Of a stretch of DNA of 64,000 bases, positions 41,659-51,642 are shown one piece after another. The position numbers were made by a program, and so were the translations under genes. The notes under the pieces are model-generated. The model saw nothing but the letters and a program-made list of their open reading frames with translations. It ran no database searches and was not told the origin of the DNA. The stretch lies in assembly GCA_965216755.1 (NCBI GenBank), contig CBDCGL010000011.1:2464001-2528000 (forward strand), written 5' to 3'. The DNA is from Alphaproteobacteria bacterium. GTDB lineage: Bacteria; Pseudomonadota; Alphaproteobacteria; UBA7887. Position 1 is the stretch's first letter. Every line of letters begins with the position of its first letter.

Positions 41659-42453
41659 ATGAACAGAAGACTTGAAAACCGCGTCGCATTGGTTTTTGGG
41701 GCTGGCTCGGTTGGACCTGGCTGGGGCAACGGCAAAGCTTGTGCGGTAACCTATGCGCGCCACGGCGCCCGCATCGTGTGTGTTGACATCGACCGCGACG
41801 CCGCGAATGAAACCGTCGGCCTGATCCAGGCGGACGGCGGCAACGCGATCGCCGTAACCTGCGATATCACCAATGATGCGCATGTCGCCGCGGCTGTCGA
41901 CACCGCGATGGACGCCTACGGCACGATCGATGTCTTGCACAACAATGTCGGCCATGCCGCCATGGGTGGCCCGATAGAACTGAGCGAGGCGGAATGGCGG
42001 CGCGAACTTGACCTCAACGTGAACGGGGTTTTTCGCAGCTGTAAGCACGTGTTGCCGATCATGCTTGATCGTGGGCGCGGCGCCATCATCAACATCTCGT
42101 CGTCGGCCGCGCTTCGCTATATGGGCTACGACTATGCCAGCTACTACGCCGCCAAGGGTGCCGTTAATCAGCTCACCGTCGGGCTGGCGCTGCAATATGC
42201 GGCGCGCGGTATTCGCGTGAACGCGATCTGTCCCGGCCTGATCGACACACCGTTGATTCATCGCCAAATTAGCGGCGCGTATGACTCCACGGATGACATG
42301 CTGGCCCAGCGGCATGCGGCAAGCCCAACCGGCAAAATGGGCACGGCTTGGGACGTCGCCAACGCCGCCTTGTTTTTGGCCAGCGACGAGGCTCGGTACA
42401 TCAACGCGGTCTGTCTGCCAGTCGACGGCGGCCTGACGGCGCGCGCGGTCTAG
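41659..42453 (+). CDS. SDR family oxidoreductase
   Basis: GAGSVGPGWGNG, YYAAK, RVNAICPG. Confidence 0.92.
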   Translation: MNRRLENRVALVFGAGSVGPGWGNGKACAVTYARHGARIVCVDIDRDAANETVGLIQADGGNAIAVTCDITNDAHVAAAVDTAMDAYGTIDVLHNNVGHAAMGGPIELSEAEWRRELDLNVNGVFRSCKHVLPIMLDRGRGAIINISSSAALRYMGYDYASYYAAKGAVNQLTVGLALQYAARGIRVNAICPGLIDTPLIHRQISGAYDSTDDMLAQRHAASPTGKMGTAWDVANAALFLASDEARYINAVCLPVDGGLTARAV

Positions 42454-42558
42454 CCGATATCGACCTCAAATCCGCCACAAGACCGACTACGTAAGTGCGA
42501 TGTGCGCGCCTTCAGCGGGTATGATATCTTGCGCTTACATCTGATGAAGAGGAACGAG

Positions 42559-42882
42559 ATGTTCGAAAGATCCCGTAACGGAATTGCAGCGGCCGTCGCG
42601 GCCATTTGCCTTGGATGGGGTGGACCGTCTGCGGCCGCAGAGATGATTGAGGCCGAAATCCTTAACTTCTCCGAGATGAACCGTTGGGTCCAGGTTACGG
42701 ACTTGATCTGCAAGACCGAACTCTACAAAGACACAATGGATGCGCAGGCGCGCCTGCCGGTCGAACTCTGTACCGGCGATGACGGCCTGGCCAAGGTCAT
42801 GCTTTATGTCCGCATTGGTTGCACCAAAAACCAGACCTTTATCAAGGAAGGTGTCGAGAACGGCGCCACGGTCAGTTTTTAG
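42559..42882 (+). CDS. Small secreted hypothetical protein
   Basis: Signal peptide ending AAA; three Cys in the mature part; GAGG RBS. Confidence 0.6.
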   Translation: MFERSRNGIAAAVAAICLGWGGPSAAAEMIEAEILNFSEMNRWVQVTDLICKTELYKDTMDAQARLPVELCTGDDGLAKVMLYVRIGCTKNQTFIKEGVENGATVSF

Positions 42883-42980
42883 GCACGTGCTGAATCCAAA
42901 TGGCCCCTTGAAGGTGCCGCGGCGAGCACGGCACTGCCCCTCGCAACGTAGATCCGGCTGTCCCCGGCAGAGGAAAGATT

Positions 42981-44180
42981 ATGAAACATCAATGGCATTT
43001 GGCGGCGGCGGCGTTGCTGACGTGGGCTTTTGCGCCGACCCTAGCGGCCGCAGAGATGTTGGCGATTTCGAACTACGAGACCAAGGCCGACGAGTCGCTT
43101 GAGGCGCTGCAACTGCAGAATGCGGACGAAAATCGCCGCGAAGGTATTGCGGTTTTCGAGGTCGATCCGGCGTCGCCGGACTATGGCAAGATCCTGATGG
43201 AAATTCCGGTATCACCGGACTTGGTGCTGCACCACATTTTCTACAACAACGCGCTCACTAAAGCCTATGTGACCGCGCTGGAGCAGGAAATCCTGCACGT
43301 CATCGATCTGACCAAATGGCCGTATCGCATGAAGCCGATCCCGACTCCAGGCTGCAAGGTGCAAGAGAACATTATTTTGTCGGATGATGACAAGACCTGG
43401 TATGTGACCTGCATGGGATCGGCAAATGTTGTAGTTGGAGATGCGGTCAAAGACGAAATGACCCACATCATCGAAATGCCCGGCACCTACCCTCATGGCA
43501 TCACTTTGCACAGTGGCATCGACCGCATTTTGGTGGCCAGTTGTGTCGCCCCTGACATGAGCGGCGCCGGTCATACCGTCGAGATCATCAAAGCGAGCAC
43601 GGGCGAGTATTTGGGTGGCCTGCCGGTGTCGGAGAAAAAGGGCACGGCACCGGTCGAGACGGTGTTTGTACCGAAAAGCGACCCGCCGATCGCCTATGTC
43701 ACCAACATGATGGAAAGCTCGCTCTGGGCCGTGATCTGGGACGCGCCGACGGAGACATTCAGTAGCCAAATGGTGTTCGATTTTGGCGAACACGGCGCCG
43801 ACATGCCGCTGGAGATCTATTTCAACCGGGCTGTCGACCGCTTGTATGTGACAACGGCGGATCCGGGCCATTTCCACATTTTCGATATCAGCAGCGGGCC
43901 GCTAGAGCCGAAACTGCTGAAGCAGTTGCCGACCGCCGGTGGTGCACATCATGTTGCCTTTACGCCAGACGAGAAGTTGGCCTACGTGCAAAACGCGCTA
44001 CTGAACTTGCCGGGTCTGAACGACGGCTCGATCACGGTTATCGACTTGACGACCGAGGAAGTGATCGACTCCATCGATGTGTTCAAGGAAGGCGGGTTTG
44101 CCGCCAATTCGATTACCATGCTACCTGAATGGTATCACCCGGCCGGCCATTTCAACAACGGTCCCGGTACCGTGCAGTAA
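42981..44180 (+). CDS. Secreted YVTN/YncE-type beta-propeller protein
   Basis: Signal peptide; repeated AYVT/WYVT/YVTN blade motifs; His motifs HHIFY, PHG, AHHV. Confidence 0.8.
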   Translation: MKHQWHLAAAALLTWAFAPTLAAAEMLAISNYETKADESLEALQLQNADENRREGIAVFEVDPASPDYGKILMEIPVSPDLVLHHIFYNNALTKAYVTALEQEILHVIDLTKWPYRMKPIPTPGCKVQENIILSDDDKTWYVTCMGSANVVVGDAVKDEMTHIIEMPGTYPHGITLHSGIDRILVASCVAPDMSGAGHTVEIIKASTGEYLGGLPVSEKKGTAPVETVFVPKSDPPIAYVTNMMESSLWAVIWDAPTETFSSQMVFDFGEHGADMPLEIYFNRAVDRLYVTTADPGHFHIFDISSGPLEPKLLKQLPTAGGAHHVAFTPDEKLAYVQNALLNLPGLNDGSITVIDLTTEEVIDSIDVFKEGGFAANSITMLPEWYHPAGHFNNGPGTVQ

Positions 44181-44190
44181 CAGACACACG

Positions 44191-44302
44191 AATTCCGGTG
44201 GAATTCCGGTGACAGTTTACTTAATTCACCCACGCTGTGGGCCTGGTAAACTCTCACCGCGGCTTGAATTAAGTAAACTGTCACCGGAATTCCACCGGAA
44301 TT
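44191..44302. repeat. REP-like palindromic element, 38-bp perfect inverted repeat
   Basis: AATTCCGGTGGAATTCCGGTGACAGTTTACTTAATTCA (44191-44228) and its reverse complement (44265-44302), between convergent genes. Confidence 0.9.
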
Positions 44303-44378
44303 GCCGCCGTGACCAAAAAAGAGAAGCGGACCCTCGCCGCAAGGCAAGGGTCCGCTTCCTTTTGGTCGTGTCGTCGGT

Positions 44379-45809
44379 TTACTTCGATACCCGCAGGTTC
44401 GACAGATCTTGGCCAATCGCCTCAAACACGTTTTGAAGCTCTGAATTTGATGGCGAGTCGAAGTAACGGTCCGAACCGCTGGCGCAAGTCTCGTAAAGAT
44501 CCTTCAAATCCTGCTCATCGCCGACTTGGAAGGTGATGGCATAGATGACGACTCCCGCTTCCTTCATCGCCATGCAGGTGTCGGTGAGCCGGGAATTCAA
44601 CTCCGCGCGCGACGAAGAGGTGGTCACCGGATCGACCAATTCGCCATCATCCGGATAGCCATAGGCGGTGTAATAGTCGTTGGAATAACCGGACCATTGA
44701 TTCCAACCGTCGGTCAGCAGGATGACGGCCTTGTCCATCAACGGTTCGTCGTACGGCAGGGGCAAATCGGCGGGCGTATCGCCGCCCCACAGGCCTTGCC
44801 AATCTGGTGACACAGTGCGCCAACCCCACGACATGCCGACATTACTCATAGTGCCGAAGCGGCGATAGGCCCCCATCGCGTCGATGGCATCCGTTACCGT
44901 CGATTTCTCCGCCGTCAACGGCAGGATCGGCGTCGGACAGGCCAGGTTGGGGCCGTTCGCATAGCTCGACGAGGTCTGGTAGGAATCGGTCTCGTTGTAG
45001 CTGCCCGGCGCCCACCAATTGTCGCCACCGGAAGCCCAGTGATAGGTCTCAAACAATCCGGCGCCTGACGGGACCGTGTCGTCCTGATCCATGCCAACGG
45101 CGCGCGCCTTCACGCAGCCTTTCCAACTCACCTGACTGGTGCTGTAGGAGCCTTCCTGCTCCCAGGTGTAATCGTCATAATCCGACAACCAGTCCTGGTA
45201 GTCATCGCCAACATTGACGACCGACGCGTAGGGCACCAAAGCGACCCAGAAATCGTCAACCGTTTCGCGTTCGCCGTACATGATATCCATCAGCAGGTGG
45301 GCGGCATCCCGCATGGCATCCATTTTGCCGCTCCATCGCATGGACCCGGTGTTGTCCATCACCAGGGCCAGCTCTAGCCCACGCATGCGCCGCGTGACCT
45401 CGGTCGACGCCGCAATCGTGATGTCTTCAAAACCCATCACCCGCATGAAGCTGGCGCCGACGGTGGCGTTGGCGGAAACGGTAATGACATCGCCGTCCCC
45501 GGAGAACGACACCTGCGGGGTCGACAACTCCGCGCCATACAATTCATCCGGAAAATTCGCGTTCATATACATCAGCACGTCTTGCTGCATTTCCGAGACC
45601 GTCGCGTTGACGCTCGCGCCGGCCGCCAGAGCGGCGGAATCAAGCGCCGTTGCCAGCCGGGAACGCACCAGATAGGCGCGTGCTGAATCCACCCCCAGGC
45701 CGACAAAGGCCACCAGGGGAATGATGGCAAAACCGATCATGATCAATGCGCCGCCGCGGCGATCACTGACGAGCCGCGACATTTCGCTTCGCAACCAGCT
45801 CAGTGCCAT
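44379..45809 (-). CDS. TadG/TadE-like pilus protein with vWA domain
   Basis: DRRGG prepilin-like N-terminus, ALDSAALAA, LVMDNTGSM, LLTDG. Confidence 0.88.
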   Translation of the reverse strand: MALSWLRSEMSRLVSDRRGGALIMIGFAIIPLVAFVGLGVDSARAYLVRSRLATALDSAALAAGASVNATVSEMQQDVLMYMNANFPDELYGAELSTPQVSFSGDGDVITVSANATVGASFMRVMGFEDITIAASTEVTRRMRGLELALVMDNTGSMRWSGKMDAMRDAAHLLMDIMYGERETVDDFWVALVPYASVVNVGDDYQDWLSDYDDYTWEQEGSYSTSQVSWKGCVKARAVGMDQDDTVPSGAGLFETYHWASGGDNWWAPGSYNETDSYQTSSSYANGPNLACPTPILPLTAEKSTVTDAIDAMGAYRRFGTMSNVGMSWGWRTVSPDWQGLWGGDTPADLPLPYDEPLMDKAVILLTDGWNQWSGYSNDYYTAYGYPDDGELVDPVTTSSSRAELNSRLTDTCMAMKEAGVVIYAITFQVGDEQDLKDLYETCASGSDRYFDSPSNSELQNVFEAIGQDLSNLRVSK

Positions 45810-46295
45810 GTGTCACTCCTTACAACATCAAGCGCCTGTTCATGGGCTCTCGTCACCGAGTCGCCCTTCCGCGTTTTTCGCGGCGGAGCGGTGGTTACCG
45901 TCAACCCTGGCCGAACCGCCAGGTCGATAGAGCCCATCGGCGCAAAATCGCACCGCTCGCTGTGACCAAATCTATTGTATTTTGCAAACTTCGTAGTGGT
46001 ACGTTGGCACTAAAAAGTAATATTTTTTTCCTGCACGCCCACTTAGTAGAACATTAATACTATTTATCGAAAATAAATCTAAAATAAATAAGTTATTGTA
46101 TTTATATTTTCTTAACCATTTTCCTTTCGGCGAGGGATTTTAGAGATAATTATTTCTATTATCCGAGACTTTCCTACCAATGTTATGCGAACGCGATGCT
46201 GGACAGTACGGATCTTAAATCAGCCTGGCTTTGGCGCCGGCTAATCGGCTCACAAAGTCATTGACAGCGCGTCGCGAGCCTGCGACCGATTGGCC

Positions 46296-47216
46296 ATGCG
46301 TTGGAGACGTGGGCGTCGAAGCCAAAACATTGAGGACCGGCGCGGCCAAGCACCGCGGGCCGGTATGCGGCTACCCGGCGGCCTCGGGCAGCGCGGCGGC
46401 ATTGGCCGCAAAGCGGGCCTGGGTGGCATCGGCCTGGTCATTGTGGTTGTCGCGTCGATGCTGTTTGGTGTCGACCCTAGTGTGTTGCTGCAAAACGTGC
46501 CGAGCGGCGCGGGCCCCCAGCCGGTTCCGTCCGACGGCGCAAGCCGCGCACCCAAGCGAGAAACGGCGGCCGAGCGCCAATTGGCCGAATTCACCTCGGT
46601 TGTCCTTGCGGATACCGAAGACACCTGGACGCCCCTGTTTGAAAGCGCTAATCGCACCTACCAGAAACCCAAATTGGTCCTGTTTTCCGACGCGGTGCAG
46701 TCTGCGTGCGGCTTTGCACAGGCGGCGTCAGGGCCATTTTACTGCCCTGGTGACCGCAAGGTATATATCGACCTGAGCTTTTACAGCGATCTAAAGAACC
46801 GCTTCAGGGCGCCCGGCGATTTTGCTCAAGCCTATGTGGTCGCACACGAAATCGGCCACCACGTGCAAACCTTGTTGGGGATTTCCGAGCAAGTCATGAA
46901 GCTGCGCCGGCGTGTCAGCAAGAACGAGGGCAACGCACTATCGGTCATGCAGGAGCTGCAGGCCGATTGTTTCGCCGGGATTTGGGCGCATCACGCGCAC
47001 CGCGCCCGCAACATTCTGGAAGAAGGCGACATCGAAGAAGGCCTAAACGCGGCCAGTGCCATTGGTGACGATCGTTTGCAGCGCCAGTCCCAAGGCTATG
47101 TGGTGCCCGAGTCGTTTACCCATGGCAGCTCGGAGCAGCGCGTCCGTTGGTTTCGAATCGGCCTAAAATCCGGCACCATGGACGCCTGCAATACCTTTGA
47201 GACCGACCGCCTATAG
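46296..47216 (+). CDS. Neutral zinc metallopeptidase (YpfJ-like)
   Basis: RRSQNIEDRR, GPFYCP, AHEIGHHVQ, ELQADC, SFTHG. Confidence 0.93.
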   Translation: MRWRRGRRSQNIEDRRGQAPRAGMRLPGGLGQRGGIGRKAGLGGIGLVIVVVASMLFGVDPSVLLQNVPSGAGPQPVPSDGASRAPKRETAAERQLAEFTSVVLADTEDTWTPLFESANRTYQKPKLVLFSDAVQSACGFAQAASGPFYCPGDRKVYIDLSFYSDLKNRFRAPGDFAQAYVVAHEIGHHVQTLLGISEQVMKLRRRVSKNEGNALSVMQELQADCFAGIWAHHAHRARNILEEGDIEEGLNAASAIGDDRLQRQSQGYVVPESFTHGSSEQRVRWFRIGLKSGTMDACNTFETDRL

Positions 47217-47242
47217 CGGCGGCCGGCCGATCGTGGCGCGCA

Positions 47243-48103
47243 CTATTCGTCGTTAAACAGGCCTTCCAACTGATCGCCAACCGCGCCGATACCGTCTTCA
47301 ACCGCGCTTCCGACACCGTCCGCGACACCGCCTGTTTCGCCAAGCTCGCCGTCCAAGGTCTGGCGCAATTCGCCCGCCGCCCCTTCAACCACGTCTTGAG
47401 CGCCGCCGACCAATTCATCCAAATTCACGGTCGCGATCGCCCGGTCGATATTGTCGGTGATTGCCGCCAAGACAATTTTCGCGATTTCCTCGGGCGTCGC
47501 ACCGCCGCTCTCGCGGCCGACGTCGGTCAAGTGCACCTCGGGCAGCACCAGGTCAAGCGTCTCGCCGCCAAGACCGGTCGCACTCACCGCCACTCGGCCG
47601 TCGCGGATTACCAAGTTTTCGATGACCACTTTGGGTCCCTTGTCCGCCGACTCGCCGCCGGAGCCAGTGGAATCATCGCCGCCGCTGGCGCCTCCGGCCC
47701 GCGCTTGTACGGTGTCACGGATCGTATCGATATTGGATCCACTATCCCCGATCTCGTAAGTCACCGCCGGACCGTCCACGGCCACTTCATTGATGACAAT
47801 AGGATCTTCGGTCACCGAGCCGATGTCGAGCTGCACGCGAACAGCGCCGATGGCAATCGCGTTCTCGGTCTCAAATCCCGGCGGGTTGCCAACGGTCAGC
47901 CCGGTCAAGCTGCCGGACCCGTTTTGAGGCGAAATATCCGCGTTCTGCAGACCTACCGCGGTTCCCGTAACCTGCGAGCCATAGGTCTCAATGGCGGACT
48001 GCGCAAGTTCGTTCAAATTGTCGAAAACGTAATAAGCCAGACCGCCAACAACGATGATGACGATCACGACAAGAATCCCAACGATTTTTAGGAGGCGTCC
48101 CAT
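47243..48103 (-). CDS. AsmA/DUF748-like membrane-anchored protein
   Basis: N-terminal TM, LTVGNPPGF, beta-rich body; ATG 48103. Confidence 0.7.
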   Translation of the reverse strand: MGRLLKIVGILVVIVIIVVGGLAYYVFDNLNELAQSAIETYGSQVTGTAVGLQNADISPQNGSGSLTGLTVGNPPGFETENAIAIGAVRVQLDIGSVTEDPIVINEVAVDGPAVTYEIGDSGSNIDTIRDTVQARAGGASGGDDSTGSGGESADKGPKVVIENLVIRDGRVAVSATGLGGETLDLVLPEVHLTDVGRESGGATPEEIAKIVLAAITDNIDRAIATVNLDELVGGAQDVVEGAAGELRQTLDGELGETGGVADGVGSAVEDGIGAVGDQLEGLFNDE

Positions 48104-48340
48104 AATCGAATCCTCATGCTCAGGTTTGGTACGACGTCGTGCCCGATTGCGTCCCGGCCAGCTGGCGCGGTTATGGAGGTAGTATGACAGCCCCGTATGG
48201 CGACACGGATGACAAGATGTGGCCATCGCAGATCGACCGCCGGCAAGCTCCGGACACCGACGTAAGTGGTTGCAAAGACGCGTTAACGCAGAGATGCTAG
48301 ACACTTAACGATAATGCCCTGGAGGAAAAGGACCCACAAA

Positions 48341-48922
48341 GTGAAGCACCAAATTCGCTTTCTGCTGCCCCTGGTCGGGGTGGCCTTCGCGATTGCAGCC
48401 GTGACGAGCCCGGTCAGCGCCGATGATATCACCGACGAGATCGAGGCGGCGCTGCTGTTCTACCAAGACGGCGACATTTCCCAAGCCAAAGAAGCGCTTG
48501 ATTTCGCGAGTCAGCTACTTGCGCAGAAAAAGGCTGAAAGCCTGGGCAGTTATTTGCCGGAACCTCTGGACGGCTGGTCGATCGTCGACACGGACACCAG
48601 CGCCGCCGGCGCTGCCATGTTTGGCGGTGGCGTCACCGCCACGCAGACCTATTCAAACGGCAGCACTGATTGCACCGTCACTTTGGTCGGCGATTCGCCG
48701 ATGCTTCAGATGATGGCCATGATGTTTAGCAACCCCAGCGCCGTCGGCGCCAGTGGCGGCCGTATGCAGCGCGTCGGCCGCCAAAAAGCGATCATCACAG
48801 CGGAAGGCGAGGTTCAATTGATGGTCAACAACTTCTTTATCACCATCAATGGCGGCGCTTCCGAGGAAGACAAGATCGCTTACGCCGGCGGAGTCGATTA
48901 TGCCGGCCTGGCCGATTTCTAA
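48341..48922 (+). CDS. Secreted hypothetical protein
   Basis: Signal peptide ending VSA; LPEPLDGW. Confidence 0.7.
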   Translation: MKHQIRFLLPLVGVAFAIAAVTSPVSADDITDEIEAALLFYQDGDISQAKEALDFASQLLAQKKAESLGSYLPEPLDGWSIVDTDTSAAGAAMFGGGVTATQTYSNGSTDCTVTLVGDSPMLQMMAMMFSNPSAVGASGGRMQRVGRQKAIITAEGEVQLMVNNFFITINGGASEEDKIAYAGGVDYAGLADF

Positions 48923-49061
48923 GTGGGCGGCACCGCCATCGCACCGGTGCATTCGGCATAAACACAAATTGAACGACCGTGACATGACGCCATAGCCGGT
49001 ATCGTCCAAGATCACTGCGCGAAAGAATCCGAACGCGGATCGCTTTCCATGTCATGACTTC

Positions 49062-49089
49062 AGCCCCTCTCGCAAGAGGGGCTTTTTTT
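49062..49089 (+). terminator. Rho-independent terminator
   Basis: AGCCCCTCT-CGCA-AGAGGGGCT followed by a T-tract. Confidence 0.85.
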
Positions 49090-49200
49090 GCCACCGATCC
49101 GCCGAGGCCCAGACATAGTGCGTGTGCACCACGACCGCTGCTGGGTCACGTGCTAATTCATAGAAAATTGCTAAAATTTTATGAGATGGAACCGAATTGC

Positions 49201-49389
49201 ATGCCTACATTCATCGCTTATGTCCGCGATCGCTCAAGCACCACATCGATTGAATATGCTCTGGTCGCGTCGCTGGTTGCTGTCGCGGGCATGGCCGCGT
49301 TCTCGGGCTTGGGCGCACAAATCCGGACCCTATATGCCGACATCAACGAGGCGTTGCAAAGGGCACTGATCGCCGCCGAAAATGGATAG
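49201..49389 (+). CDS. Flp-family type IVb pilin, atypical cleavage site
   Basis: RDRSSTTSIEYALVASLVAV; Ser where Flp pilins have Gly before the cleavage site. Confidence 0.8.
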   Translation: MPTFIAYVRDRSSTTSIEYALVASLVAVAGMAAFSGLGAQIRTLYADINEALQRALIAAENG

Positions 49390-49518
49390 AGCGGGGCTGT
49401 GGCGCTTACCACAGGCCGGGATGGGTGGATCACATGCCATAGCGCTTGCCGCACCCCACTTGGCGCGCCAATTTGAGGTATAGCGACCGCCAGCGACAAA
49501 CTGCGTAAGGGACCAGAC

Positions 49519-49635
49519 ATGTCATCACAAACCTCCGACAGCCCGATGAAAGTGGCCCCAGGCCTGGTGCTGGGCGCAACAACCGCCGGATTTGTCTACC
49601 TGGTCATCGCGATTGCATTCGCCGTCGGCCATTAA
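49519..49635 (+). CDS. 38-aa single-TM small protein
   Basis: AAGGGA RBS; MSSQTSDSPMKVAPGLVLGATTAGFVYLVIAIAFAVGH. Confidence 0.5.
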   Translation: MSSQTSDSPMKVAPGLVLGATTAGFVYLVIAIAFAVGH

Positions 49636-49837
49636 ACGACCACGGTATCGGCGTATTTTCGCCGCGCCGATGCTGACAGGAACGCGCAATCTGTAGTGTT
49701 TGTCACTGCCAAAGAGCTGCCGTTCTGCCGATTATCCGTGCCTAGTCCGATCGGATCATGATCACAAACAGGATCCCAGGCATAAACGTGCCTCGTTCCC
49801 CGACGGACGAATGAAAGACTAGGTACGGAGCGTTCCC

Positions 49838-50011
49838 ATGACCAAAGTTCTCGCCTTCTTGAATGACGAATCTGGTGCCACTGCCATCGAATACGGCCTG
49901 ATTGCCGCGTTGGTCTCTGTGGCCGCCATCGGCGCCCTGACGACCATGGGCAGCAGCCTGTCGGCCGTGTTTGGTACGGTTTCTGACAAGTTGGACGCCG
50001 CTACGCAGTAG
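49838..50011 (+). CDS. Flp-family type IVb pilin (57 aa; below the ORF-track cutoff)
   Basis: MTKVLAFLNDESGATAIEYGLIAALVSVAAIGALTTMGSSLSAVFGTVSDKLDAATQ; GGAG RBS. Confidence 0.95.
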   Translation: MTKVLAFLNDESGATAIEYGLIAALVSVAAIGALTTMGSSLSAVFGTVSDKLDAATQ

Positions 50012-50054
50012 CGGGTCGGCCGCAAGTCGCCTTCGGGCGAACACCTCTTGACGG

Positions 50055-50087
50055 ACCGGGTGGCGCGCCAGCGTCACCCGGTTTTTC
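50055..50087 (+). terminator. Rho-independent terminator after the pilin
   Basis: ACCGGGTGGCGC...GCGTCACCCGGT followed by Ts. Confidence 0.7.
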
Positions 50088-50208
50088 GTTGGCCGCATTC
50101 TGCGTCTCGAAACCAAACGAGATTGTGGGCCGAAGTTGACAGCGGCATGGACCCATCCGATATGTCAGCACACGATCTGAAACCATCAACCAGCGGCAAG
50201 GGGCCCCC

Positions 50209-51177
50209 ATGCGACCCGTAGACGCCCGATTTGCGCGGGTCAAACATACGCGGCGGATGGGACTCTCCGCCGCTGGCGCCAGCGGTTGGTGGCCGACAAA
50301 TTTGGCCGGATTTGTCGTGACAGCCGGCCCGATCCTGGGTCTCGCCGGCCTGGTTCTGACCATGCTGGCGGCGCCGGTTCGGGCCGATTTTTTGACCGGT
50401 GTCGAGGCCGCCAACGAAGGCGACTACGAGATCGCGCTCACTGCGTTCGAGGAAGCCGCGGAGAGCGGCGATTTGCTTGCCCAGTACAACATCGCCGCGA
50501 TGTACCACGCCGGTCTCGGCGTGCCGCAGGATTACCTGAAAGCGCTGCGCTGGTACATGCGTGCGGTGCGTGGCGGCCTGCCGCCTGAGCTTTATAAGCT
50601 CGATGACGGAATGTTGGTGGCCCAGAATGCTGATGGCCGCTGGATTCCCGAAAGCCCCCTCCGCCGCGCCAAGGTCGCATCAGCACCCCAATCAAATCCT
50701 GTCGTCGCGCCGCCGGCGCTTGCCCGCAAACGCGCGGCCGAACCCGGTCCCAGAAGCGTGCCCGATCCGGACGTCGATCTCGCCGGCGCCGCCCCGTCAT
50801 TGCCGGCGGACATGGCGCGGCAAACAGCCCCGAACGGCGCCTTATCGGCCAGCACTGCGGCGCCGCCCGCCGAGATCCCACTTGGTAATATTGGTACCGG
50901 GCTGACGCCCGATCTGGCGCGCGCGCTTGAGGATGTGCTGGCGACCCCGCCGACCGAAGACCAGATATTGGAGATTCAGCGTATTTTGACCGTGCTCGGC
51001 TATGACGCTGGCCCCGCCGATGGTGTGGTTGGCCCGCGCACCAAGCAAGCTATCCAAAAGTTTGAGACTGACCTCGGGCTACGACCTTCGCGTGACCTCA
51101 CCGCGCGCCAACTGCGCAAGCTCATCGCCATGTCCTACGCGGAACGAGACCGCCGCGTGCGCGACAACCAACGCTAA
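50209..51177 (+). CDS. Sel1-repeat and peptidoglycan-binding-domain protein
   Basis: AQYNIAAMYHAGLGVPQDYLKALRWY; IQRILTVLGYDAGPADGVVGPRTKQAIQKF; start uncertain. Confidence 0.85.
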   Translation: MRPVDARFARVKHTRRMGLSAAGASGWWPTNLAGFVVTAGPILGLAGLVLTMLAAPVRADFLTGVEAANEGDYEIALTAFEEAAESGDLLAQYNIAAMYHAGLGVPQDYLKALRWYMRAVRGGLPPELYKLDDGMLVAQNADGRWIPESPLRRAKVASAPQSNPVVAPPALARKRAAEPGPRSVPDPDVDLAGAAPSLPADMARQTAPNGALSASTAAPPAEIPLGNIGTGLTPDLARALEDVLATPPTEDQILEIQRILTVLGYDAGPADGVVGPRTKQAIQKFETDLGLRPSRDLTARQLRKLIAMSYAERDRRVRDNQR

Positions 51178-51387
51178 ATCCGCGCCGGTCGTTTACAAAG
51201 CAAAAGGCCCAGAGACGCGTGAACGCCACTGGGCCTGTTACGTTGCATATGGTCCGGCGACTAGCCATAGACCCGACCACATGACCATTGGAAGTAATTG
51301 GAAATATAGGTCAACTCTCGACGAAAGCGAATTCACCGAGGAATTGACGAAATCTTGCGTCGAACCAGCGTATCGACGATCCGGGAC

Positions 51388-51642
51388 TTAACCAGATCTC
51401 GCCTTATTGCCCGAACACATGCAGCCAACCAAATGCACGACCCGCTTCCAAGCGACTTCGCGATCAATGTCTCCGGCTTGGCACGCGATTTGCGACCAAC
51501 GTCGCGCGATCAGCAGAGAATCCTTGCCATAACGGGCAAACAACGACCGCGCCAAACATGGCGGGTCCGGGCACAGCATCTCGCCCACTTCGTCGCGCTT
51601 CTCGGCGTCCGCAGGCACATTGTTCTTTTGGCGCGTGTTCAT
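51388..51642 (-). CDS. Small hypothetical protein
   Basis: LFARYGKDS...AGDIDREVAWKRV, resembling a small helical alphaproteobacterial hypothetical family (recalled, not searched). Confidence 0.45.
   Translation of the reverse strand: MNTRQKNNVPADAEKRDEVGEMLCPDPPCLARSLFARYGKDSLLIARRWSQIACQAGDIDREVAWKRVVHLVGCMCSGNKARSG

Noticed and set aside
46003-46020. Possible sigma-54 promoter (TTGGCAC)
   Set aside because: The -12 TTGC element is missing at the required spacing
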